Below, piece by piece: positions 13,330 to 23,655 of a stretch of DNA of 64,000 nt. The notes beneath the pieces are model-generated. The model was not told where the DNA came from. It saw nothing but the letters and a program-made list of their open reading frames with translations, and searched no databases. The stretch's first letter is position 1; the number at the start of each line of letters is the position of its first letter. Source of the stretch: Marsupella aquatica (lineage: Eukaryota; Plantae; Marchantiophyta); contig OZ316894.1 of NCBI GenBank assembly GCA_973895155.1, positions 14,151,680 through 14,215,679 of the forward strand, given 5' to 3'. The position numbers and the translations under genes are program-made.

Positions 13330-14184
13330 GGTCCCAAGGTGGTAATACACACAGAGCTTGCCAACTTGGGTACTTCAGTTCTAAGCCAAGGCTGAACCCC
13401 AAGGAAATGCGCTGACACATGTTCTTGGCGGATTTCAATTTTGAAGTCAGTCACGTTCCTAGGAAGACAAACACGATAGCTCATGCGTTATTGCGTAGGG
13501 ACCATCAATGGGATCACAATGCTTGAATCCGAGTGGCCAAAGGTTCTGGCCGAGGCGTATGGGGATGACAGGCCCGATGACAGGTTAGCCAAGGAATGGC
13601 AAAGCAATGGGGGTAGCAAAGGCAAGGTAAGGCACATTTCATTGGGGTTGGATATGACGCATAATGTCCAATTATGGCAATACAAGCAGAGGCGTGTGTA
13701 CATCCCAAAGTTTCTAAGATTGGAGGTTCTGCAAAAGTACCATGACTCGCCTTGAGGTCGGCATGGCGGACAAGCTACTATATATCATAACATGTCATGA
13801 GAGGTGTATTGGTCGGACATGAAGCAATCGGTTCTTCGCCACGTACAAAGTTGTTACTTGTGCCAAAAGAACCGAATGGTCTATTGGGCAAAAGGAGGAC
13901 TTCTACAGCCCTTACCAGTAGCCGCGGCCCCATGGGAGTCCATCTCCATGGACTTCATTGTGGGGTTACCTGAGTCCCACGACAATAACTCAATCTTAAC
14001 AATTGTGGATCATTTTTCCAAAATGGCGTATTTCTTGCCGACTCCAAAAATGGTTTTGGCCTAAGAGGTTGTTGGTCTAGTGTTTGACAATGTCTTTTGG
14101 CAACGGGGATTGCCGTTGCATATCGTGTCCGACCGCAACACCAAGTTCACTGGCCACTCCTGGAAGGCGTTGTTCCGGTTATCT
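13330..14184 (+). pseudogene. Chromovirus RNaseH end and integrase N-half
   Basis: FLADFNFEVSHVPRKTNTIAHALLRR; EVLQKYHDSP...CYLCQ; GLLQPLPVAAAPWESISMDFIVGLP; IVSDR. Interrupted at 14184/14185. Confidence 0.85.
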
Positions 14185-14680
14185 TGTCATGCCAAGGGAC
14201 AATGCCTCTTATGCACATTGGCATGTCCCTCGCATGCTCGCTCGGTATGTAGTTAGGGCTAGTGTACTACTTGAGTTAGCAACATGTTCTTATAGCAAAT
14301 TTCAGGCGTTTTTGAAGCAAACGCGCTTGTTAGTGTGACGCCAGGACTTTGTTTACTTAGGGCATGTCTTTCTTTGTTGGTTTTTAGTTCTTCTTGAATC
14401 GCTGTTGACATAGCTCAAACAGTGCTCGTCGGTTCCGTACACGGGATTCACACAGTGATTCGTTAGATGCTCCCGACCGATCTTGGCATCCTGCCGGTTT
14501 TTTATTCGATTTCAGTACAATTGTTTCTCTTACACCTTTTATTCAAGAAGAACTGTCGAGATAGTGGTGAGGGGAAGAAGATTGCTCGTGACGATTTCGA
14601 CAATTTCTGGTGAAGCCATTGCAATTTCTTCGACGGACATCGGATCGGAGTGATGAGTTAAAAGTTATGACTTTATTGTG

Positions 14681-14716
14681 GTGTTATGTGTATACTTAAG
14701 TGTATACACATAACAC
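14681..14716. repeat. Perfect 15-bp inverted repeat (hairpin) in the leader of copy 1
   Basis: GTGTTATGTGTATAC-ttaagt-GTATACACATAACAC. Confidence 0.9.
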
Positions 14717-15004
14717 TCCCTTGGGGGGCCCGGGTTTTTTGTTTCCGGCCACAATCTTCTTTGACCGGCTAATCCCGCTTCCGACTGTCACTGCCGATCT
14801 GCTACCCTGGATTGCTTCCGGCTGCTGCACCCTCGCTTTGAATTAATGCGTTTGCCCCTTTTTCTCCTGTTTTCTTTCTTCCGGTCGACCGTCGCCTGGT
14901 TCCTCTCTTTTCCCCCATCGTTGCTCCTCGGCTGCTCGGCCACCTGCATAGGGTCGCGCGCCACTTTTCTTGTTATGCCGAGTACAAAGCGACAGTCAAG
15001 AGGG

Positions 15005-15485
15005 AGGGGGCACACGACCCTATGCTGCATAATTAAGGAGGGGAGGGGAGTTAAGTCGACTCCCTTCTTGGGAGTACATACAACTCCCTGCTCGGGAGTT
15101 TCTGCCAGAGGGCACAAAGCCCCAATTGCTTTTAGAGGAGGGGAGGGGGAAGCAAAAGGAGGGCACAAAGCCCACTTCACCAGCATTAAAGAAGGGGGAG
15201 GGGGGAGTTGAAGCGAAAGGAGGGCACGAGGCCCTATGAGTAATTAAAGAGAGGGGGAGTACATTCGACTCCCTCCTCTCGGGAGTCACGGTCCTGCCAG
15301 GCACGAGGCCCCATTAAACATTAAAGTAGGGGGAATTACACTCAACTCCCTGCTTTCGGGAGTACTTTTGCCAGGGGCGAGCACAAGGGCACGAGGCCCT
15401 ATGAAGCAATAAAGAGGGGGGAAGGAGGAGTACATTCAAACTCCCTTACACGGGAGCCCTTCTGCCAGGCGCGAGGCCCTATGCA
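15005..15485 (+). repeat. Tandem degenerate repeats with GGGAGT/ACTCCC hairpin modules in the leader of copy 1
   Basis: Recurring gggcacgaggccctatg, attaaag and tctgccag motifs; five ACTCCC-N5-7-GGGAG(T) stems near 15059, 15083, 15268, 15345 and 15440. Confidence 0.75.
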
Positions 15486-16084
15486 GGGCTCGAGCTATTA
15501 ACTCTTGGGGGTCCCATTTCTCTTTTTCCCTTCTCCTACCTTTGTTGGTTTTCTTTCCATACGCACGCCGTTGCATTCTTCATCTTTTGGCTGGATTTTT
15601 TCCTATTGCCTCGCTGCGTTTGTTGTGTATAGGGTCGCGTGCCTATACACATTCGGGCTTCGGCCGGTCCACCTTAAACCAGATATGTATACACTTAGGG
15701 GCGGGCCCATTTTGCACCGTATTTCTTTCCCGGGGTCCGGTCGCTACATAGGGATGCGAGCACGGTTTGTGTATACACCTACGGCTTGTGCATACACATT
15801 GGGGACCCCATTTCGCCGTTTACTCTTGTTTTCTTCCGCTTCATTTATTTTGACCCTTATAGGCAAAGCCAATATACACATAGGGGCTAATTTCATTCTG
15901 TTTAGCCCGGCCTCCTTGCCTCACACCGTTTGCTTCATTGTGGGTTAATTTTCTAGCCTTGGGGCTGCCATTTCTTTTCTTGTCAGTTTCTTTCCCGACA
16001 ACACCTCATACCACCAGAAAAAGAGGGGGGGTGGAGACATTTCTTGTTGCGACCATTTCCAATTTGGCACCCCGGGTTAGCAGC

Positions 16085-17365
16085 ATGTCAGCAGAGGAGC
16101 CGAGTCATAGCAGCTCATCGCCACCGACACCCCAGTACCACTTACGGAGTGATCCACGACCGTTGGTGCCAATTTTGTTGGAGTCTCGGCAATTTTGATG
16201 ACGCCAGTAGACAGCAGCAGCACCCACACCACGCAATCCTTCTGCTACATTTGGCGGTCACTTTACCACTACCCTGAAGCCTACTATCACTTCTCTGCCC
16301 TTTACTCCTTCTGCATCAGTGATTGTTCCAGCTTCACCGACATATAGCATGGATGCCAGTCACTCATCTGGCCGCATTGAGCGCTTTAGTGGGCGGCCAG
16401 ACACTGTTTCTTTGCGTGAGGTCAAATCCACTTTCTATACTATCGTTTACAAATTGGAGTTGAAGTACGGCAGCAATTTCACAAATGCTTTTGCATTTAA
16501 GCAGCTAGCCAGGTATGTGCACCACGAGGCTTTGGATGTGTATGAATAGCACTCTCAACGGTTGCTTGCTGTCACACAATTGCCTAACCCTACCTATGCC
16601 AGTGCAATTGCGGCTGCCTCACAACTGGCATTACAGAATGCCATTGCAGCCCATGCTGTTGCTCCTGCCACTTCCCCTCCTACTCCAGTTCCTACCACTA
16701 TGCCAATTACTCCCACTATCTTGGCAAAGGCTACATCAGGCATTTCTCCCACCATTGATTCTCCTGCCTTTGTTGATCCAGTGGCTGAGTTTTTCCAGGT
16801 TCTTGAATTGGAATTCCCAATCAAGAGTGCTGACAAAATCATGCAGTTGGCCACCTTTGTGAGGCAGCGCAATGAAACCTTGAAGATGATGTATCGCCGG
16901 CTTCTCAAGCTGAAGGAGGACACCCAGAGCATCACTGACCTGGAAGCTGCTCATTGCTATCTTCGCGCATTGGAGGGCACACCAGCTCTCCATTCGCAAG
17001 TGTTGCAGCAAGTATTCTCAGAGTTTGGAGACAGCTACACCCTGCTCAATGTCTATGACATTGCTGAGAAACTTGAGTTGGCCCATGCATATTATGAGGC
17101 CAGTATTGCGCATCCACCGCGATCCAGGTACCAGGCTGTTGCCCCTACACTGGCCACCCCTTCCCGTGTGCCACAATATGGTTCCAAGACCAAGCTAGCC
17201 CATGCTGCTTTCATGCTGCCATCTTGCAACTATTGTGGTAACCCCAATCACAAGGCTAATGAATGTGATATTGTTGCTGAGGACCTGTCTTGTGATTTTT
17301 GCGGGAAAGTGGGTCACTTGGAGGCAGTTTGTTTTGCCAAATTCCCAGAGAGGAAGCAGCTATGA
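16085..17365 (+). pseudogene. Gag of copy 1 with two CCHC zinc knuckles
   Basis: Single frame from ATG 16085 with in-frame C>T-type stops; 'IERFSGRPD' Gag motif; CNYCGNPNHKANEC and CDFCGKVGHLEAVC. Confidence 0.8.
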
Positions 17366-18185
17366 TAGCAGGCTCCTCATCCTGCTCCTGCTTCCACTCC
17401 CCCACCAGCTAGGAGGGCTCCTATTGCCTCAGTTGCTCCTCCTTCCAATGGCAAAGCACCTGGTGCCAACAAATCGCCCAAGCAGCAACAGAAGCAACCA
17501 GCTCAGAAGGAGGCTCACAACGCACAGGCAACTCAACTCTAGTCTCTGACTCATGAGGTTGAGTCCCTACGTGCCCAACTTGCCAACATCAAACGCAAGT
17601 CAACTGCCTCTACTGGTCCTTCTCAACCGGCTGGTCACGTGCAACCCATCCCTGGCCCAGGCACCACTGATAGCTCAGCATCTCTACGTACCCCGCTCTT
17701 TTTATGGCTTGCCATTTGATGCTCATATGGGTGAGTGTGTGCTGTCCTCTGCTACACAGCCTGGCCTTACAGTAGAATCTTTAGATTCATTCTGCCCTTC
17801 CTATTTTGCTTACCAGTAGGCGAGTGCTGCCTTTCGTATTGCTCCCACACGCCGCATTGTATAGGCTGATGGTCTTGCTGCCGGTCCTATGACTAGAGCC
17901 AGGGGAGCTCGGGCTGTCCTACCCCAATCTTTTCAGCCACTCATACTTGCTAAAGAGCGCACCTTGTTGGCGAGGGGGGAGGGAGCTGCAGCTACATCCA
18001 TTCCACCACCAGGTGCTGTTGACATTTCACAGGGAGTTGTTTCTCCTGAGCTGCTTGAGCATTTCACCTCCGGTATGGCACAAAGGATTCTTACAACTCC
18101 ACTTTTTAGTTGCCATGATTTATAGCTAGATGCTAGAGCTGTCATCAGAGCGCTAGAGGGTTCACTGCATTCTTCATCAGCCCCT

Positions 18186-20160
18186 GTGACACCGGTTTTG
18201 GAGGTCCAATCTCATGTACATACTGGACCTTTTTCTTCTCCATTACATGCTTCCACTGGTTTGGCTATCCTAGTACCAATTTCCAGTGGTAGAAATGACA
18301 GTATTGCTGCAGATTGTGTGACTAGAGCTACACTTGATTCTGGTCATGCTGCTCCATCTTTCCTGGCTATGCTGTTGAGTGGGAAGACCATGGACACTAA
18401 CTCCCTTCACAAGGTACCTCATCATTTGCCAAAAGTGGTGCCTAGTGACAGGACTTTAGTTTCCACCACCATTGCCATTGTTGACAACAGGAATTCAGCG
18501 GTCAAGTTGGAGGGTCACACTCCTCAGGTGGTCATGCTAGACACAGGCGCTCAACCAGTGATATTGGGCATTCAGTTTGCCAAGAAGATGGGACTATTGA
18601 CTGATCATTTACAGCAATCCAAGTGGCACATTTGGACTGCTAGTGGCACTATGGAGGATGTGCTGGGTGAGAGTTCTACTTTACTCACTCTCACTTTTAA
18701 TGGAGGTACAGATCAGGAATTGCATTTCCCAATCAGATGTTTGGTTACCAATGCCACTACGTATGATGTGCTCATTGGCCAGGAGGCTTTGTTCCCACCA
18801 GGTTTTACCATTGACAACTGGCATGAGCATGCATACTACAAAGTTGATTGGCATACGGATGGCTCACACTTGGGCTACAATCCACTTGATTTGCATGGTG
18901 CCCATACACCTATGGCTCACCACTGTGTGTTGAAAGCAGTGCACACAGCTACCTATGTCAACCACCCATTGCAGGATTGGATTGAGGAGGATGATGATGA
19001 GGTGGCTATTGCACATGCTGCTGCACATATAGCAGCACTTTCCAGCAACGTGGATCATCAACCAGAGGTGGTACAATGGCTCCAAGCAGCCCATGGACCT
19101 TTGGTGGCTGCATTGCGCAAATTTGAGGACCTTGGGCAGCACAATGGCCAACCAATAGCCCCAATCTTGAGCGCACCAGTTACATGGACTCCTCCTTTAG
19201 ATGGCCTTACATTGCTTGAGCTTTTTGGTGGCATTTCTACAGGCCTAGAAGCTCTCCTACAGTCTGGCATGGTGGTGAAGCAGTACATCTATGTGGACAT
19301 TGATCCAGGTGCAAGGCAAGTGGCTGAATCCCGTCTACTGGAATTTTCAGAGCAATTTCCCCAGCAGTTTCCACACAGTGCATGGAAGTCTGCATTTTCT
19401 TTCTTTCCTCCAGATATCCAACTTGTCCAGCACCGGCACTTAACCCTTCTTGGCTCCCTTGATTTGATCATAGCTGGTTGGGAATGCCAAGGGTTTAGAG
19501 CTGCTGGTCACGGTGCTGGACTGCATGATTCTCATTCTGGTCTTTTCACAACATTGGTTCAGATTCTCACCTGGGCTCAATCCCTTTATCCTGCTGTTGG
19601 TTATATCATTGAGAATACTCCATCTCGGTTTGACCAGCGTCCACAGGTCAAAGAGGATTTCAGTGTGGTCCAGCACTACTTGGGACCACCCCTTCTCATT
19701 GATGCACTGCACTATGGTTCTTATGCACATCGTCTTCATAACTTTTGGACTAACCTTGCACCACCTTCCTTGTTGGAGTTAGCTTTTCACCACACATCCA
19801 GGGACACTAACCTCACAGTGGACCAGATTTTGGATCCTAACAGTTCTTGCCAACCAGTTACACGGCAAGAGCTAGCACCTTGGTATCCAGCCAATACCAT
19901 TGGACAGCCCCGTGCTACTTGGCCTACATTTGTATCCTTTCCAGGTGCACATGCCTTTCAGGGTGATGGTCCTAGCCTGGTTTATTGACATTCTACCGGT
20001 ACTTGGGATGAACCTAGTCCTGAGGAGAGAGAACGGGCTATGGGCTTCCAATCCGGTACTACAGGCCACACCCACATCACCAGGCTGGTCAGGAATGCTT
20101 TACTTGGCAGGGTGATGGATCTTAATGCTCTCACTTGGCTTCTGGTCACTTGCATCTGGA
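18186..20160 (+). pseudogene. Aspartic protease followed by DNMT3-like C5 cytosine methyltransferase domain (copy 1)
   Basis: Protease VMLDTGAQP...YDVLIG. MTase motifs: I LELFGGISTG (19215), II YVDID, IV GWECQGF (19476), VI IENT (19611), VIII AHRLHNFWTNL, IX EERERAMGF, X RNALLGRVM. One in-frame TGA at 19986-19988. Confidence 0.9.
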
Positions 20161-20469
20161 GTTCCAGCTCTACCACTCCATGGTGCTGCTACATGGCATC
20201 CAGACCAGGTGCACTTACCTCTATTCAACACTCACTGCTTCAGTCCAAGTGTTGGGGGGGAGGAGGTCCCTTGTAACGTGGCTGACAATATTTCTGAGTT
20301 TCATGGTGTGGACCAACTCAGATCAGCAGGTACAACAGGCCTTGGAGAGGCCTCATCACCTTATCAGCAGCATGCTAGCAGCTTGGACAGTGGAGAGGCT
20401 GGCACTTCTGGCTCTTCAAGCACGAGTACATAAGGTCCTATTCCTAGTGTTGCCAACTACACATTCATC

Positions 20470-22090
20470 ATGGGCAACCACCTAAGTAAAAGACAAAAGG
20501 ACCAGCTGCTGAATTTGCTCCTCAAGCATGAGAACGTGTTTGCTTTCTCTATGAAGGACTTGGGTAAGTGCAAGACTATGCAGTTCTCCATTGAGTTGGC
20601 TGATGAAACACCTATCTTCAGGCGAAGACACCGTTTGAGTAAGCATGAGTGGCAGCTGGTGGATGAGAGGTGCCAAGAGCTCTATGAAGCTGGTCTTATT
20701 CAGCCATCTACATCAGATTTTGCAGCAGCTATAGTGATGTCAACAAAGAAGGATTCCAGTGGATTATGGACAGAGAAGCGCATGTGTGGGGACTACAGGC
20801 CACTGAACCTGGTCACACCCCAGGACAGGTACCCCATGCCACGGCTAGTGGAGCTATTTGACAGCATTGGAGACTCAAACATCTTCACTCTTGTGGATCT
20901 AAGGCAAGGCTTTAACCAGATTTTGCTGCTTGCAAAGGACCGCAAGAAAACAACTTTCCATGGTAGTAACCAACTATGGGAGTGGTTGGTGATGCCATTT
21001 GGCTTGAAGAATGCGCCCATATTCTTTCAAAGAGTCATGGACCAGGTTCTCCAAGGTGCTGAGTTTCTGAAATGCTACATTGATGATGTGTTGGTCCACA
21101 GCAAAGGATTTGACCAGCATCTACTTGACCTTGAGGAGCTATTCATTAGGCTTAAGAAGGTGAACCTAAAGATACACCCCAAGAAGTGTGAATTTGCTGT
21201 CAGATCAATAGTATACCTTGGGCACCGCATTCTTCCAAATGGAACCATGGCTCACTGGGCCAAGGTGGTATCCATCTTGGAAATGCCCACTCCTACTAAT
21301 GTTCACACTCTTAGGAGATTTATTGGGTTGTGCAATTACTACCGGATCTACATCAAAGATTTTAGTACCATTGCACATCCATTGTATGTTTTGTTGAAAA
21401 AGAATGTGACTTGGACATGGAGTACAGATGCTGAGGCAGCATTTGCCACTTTGAAGGAGAAGCTCTTAGAATACCCAGTGTTGAGAAGACCTGATTTCAG
21501 CAAGGTCTTTGTGTTACACACAGATTGGAGTGCCCTTGGGATTGGTGCCATTCTGGGCCAGCATGATGAGGAAGGTAAAGAGTATGTCATTGCCTATGCA
21601 TCTAGGAGCAACAATCAGGCAGAGAGTCATTATTCTTCTTATGAGGGTGAATGCCTTGCTGTTGTGTGGGTTGTCATACATTACAGGCCCTACCTCTATG
21701 GGACCAGGTTTGTTCTCTACACCGACCACCAGCCCTTGAAGTGGTTGATGACCAACGACAAGCTTACTGGCAAGCTTGCTCGTTGGGCGCTCATACTCCA
21801 GGAGTATGATTTTGAGGTAATTCATAGGCCTGGTGTGACACATCAAAATGCTGACACTATGTCCCACAGCCCTTTGATTGCCTCTGATGATTCCTCAGAT
21901 GCACAGCAGGATTTTGACCAGGTTTCCATCCTGCCTACATTTCATGCATCTACCTATCTTGCTTTGCTGCCATGCTACGTTGTTGACCAACCTGTGGTGG
22001 ACATATGGGAGAACAGCGACACTCTGAGATTTTTGCAGCATGGGGAGTACCCCATACAGGTTACTGCAACCCAAAGAGACCAATTTAGCA
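20470..22090 (+). CDS. Reverse transcriptase and RNaseH of copy 1
   Basis: RMCGDYRPLN, DLRQGFNQI, MPFGLKNAP, YIDD; RNaseH LHTDWSALGIGAIL...AYASRS...YEGECLA...TDHQPL. Frameshift near 22085. Confidence 0.95.
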
Positions 22091-23441
22091 AAGGTCCAAG
22101 CGCTACTTGTGGAAGGGAGATCATCTTGTGCGCTGCTTGCCAGACAGGGAAGTGGTGGTTCCACCCATTCATGAGAGGGTTGGCCTTATCCGTAAGGTAC
22201 ATTCTGAGCTTGGTCATTTTGGCATCAAGAGGACTTACAGCCTCTTGGTTCCCCATTATCATTGGAGAGGCATGCATGGCCAGGTTTGAGATGTTATTGC
22301 CCGGTGTGAGCAGTGTGATAGGGTAAGGACTTCTTTCACATCTTGGCAACCCACACTTCATCCACTCCCTATTCAGGGCATGTTTTATCGCTGGTCATGT
22401 GATCTGGCTGGAGAATTACCCCTCACTTCTCGGGGTAATCTCTACATCATGATCATGATAGAGCATTTCTCCAAGTGGATAGAACTTGTGGCATTGCCGG
22501 ATAAGACCTCCCGTAGCACCAGCCAGGCATTCCTGCAACAAGTTCTCAGTCGCTTTGGAGCTTGTGCAGAATGTCTCACTGACCAGGGCTCAGAGTTTAG
22601 AGGAGAGTTCCAGGAGCTGCTTGATCAGGCCCTCATTGATCATCGCCGGACATCACGAGATCACCCACAGGCAGATGGTTTGGCAGAGCGCATGGTTCAG
22701 ACATGCAAGAAGGGCCTCCGGAAGATCTGCCTCACCAAAAACAAGGAGGATTAGGACCTGGCCTTACCCTACATTGCTATGGGGTATAGGATGTCCAGAC
22801 ATGCATATATCACTGTCTAACTTTTCTCCCTACTTCTTGTTGTTTGGTCGTCACCCAGTTCCACCTTCTGCTATTGCTGCTCACATGCTTCAGGTGGTGG
22901 ACTTGGATTCAGCTGTGACTTGGTCTGATGTGATCTCTAAGAGGGCTGCCCTATTCAGGAGGGTTATGCCCATGCCATGGAGAATTTGGCCATTGCACAG
23001 CACAAGGACACATTGCGTTATGCACACACACGAGGGGGCAGTTTTCAGCCCAAGGTCAGGAAGTTTGATGTGGGAGATTTTGTGTACTTGCAGCGGCAAG
23101 CTAACGACACCCTGGACACCTCTACCAGTCGTACTATTCTCAAGGTTAAAGCTATTCGACCGTCTGGAGTGCTAGAGTTACAAGGGGCAGATGGGCGCAC
23201 AATTGCTGACAATGCTAAGAATTGTGCCCCTTGTCATCTGCCTAACCTGGATCCCACCATTGTGACTTCTACCTGGATTCCACCTGTGGACTACCCTTGC
23301 AAAGTGTGTTTGCGAATTGACGATGTTGACCAGATGCTACTGTGTGATAATTGCAATGGAGGGTACCATCTTTTCTGCCTTCGGCCTGAACTTACCCAAG
23401 TACCAGAAGGGTTATGGTTTTGCCCTTCCTGTGCTACCTGA
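22091..23441 (+). pseudogene. Integrase with C-terminal PHD finger (copy 1)
   Basis: H-x-GHFG...C..C zinc finger; DDE core WSCDL / LTDQGSEF / GLAERMV; PHD CKVC...LLCDNCNGGYHLFCL...WFCPSC (23298-23432). A few stops and frameshifts. Confidence 0.92.
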
Positions 23442-23655
23442 TTTTTCTTCAGCCCCCTTTTGGCTGTGGTCTAGGGGGGATACAGAGGTTTACACCTCCA
23501 CTACGTACATACCACCTCAATTGCTTTTTCTTGGCACTTGTGAATGTGATTGGACTTTTTCTATGCATGTTGGTTGCTAGCAACTTGCACATATGCATTG
23601 TTGGTGACTTGTATGTTTTCGATACACTATGGCTACGATACTATATGTCACGACA

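Larger units (their letters stand above)
14185..23655 (+). mobile_element. DNMT/PHD-carrying Ty3/gypsy element, copy 1 (full length, ~9.5 kb, no terminal direct repeats)
   Basis: Starts TGTCATGCCA and ends CACGACA; 4-bp TSD ATCT (14181-14184 / 23656-23659); splits a chromovirus integrase. Contains Gag, PR, DNMT, RT, RH, INT and PHD. PPT ctagggggga at 23471-23480. Confidence 0.9.

Noticed and set aside
14185-14410. TGTCA...TTGACA segment as a conventional short 5' LTR of copy 1
   Set aside because: No second copy at the 3' end, no PBS after it, and in copy 3 the repeated unit runs ~75 nt past the equivalent TTGACA.
14411-14514. TAGCTCAA and TTCGATTTC as tRNA/Pol III A and B boxes
   Set aside because: No cloverleaf can be folded, the B-box match is imperfect, and the A-box-like motif is absent in copy 3.
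15005-15485. CRISPR-like array
   Set aside because: Units are degenerate and irregular, with no unique constant-length spacers and no cas genes; eukaryotic TE context.
18186-20160. Bacterial restriction-modification methylase, contamination, or host DRM/DNMT3 gene
   Set aside because: Intronless and in frame with a retroviral-type protease inside a TSD-bounded gypsy; repeated in a divergent copy; no restriction enzyme nearby.
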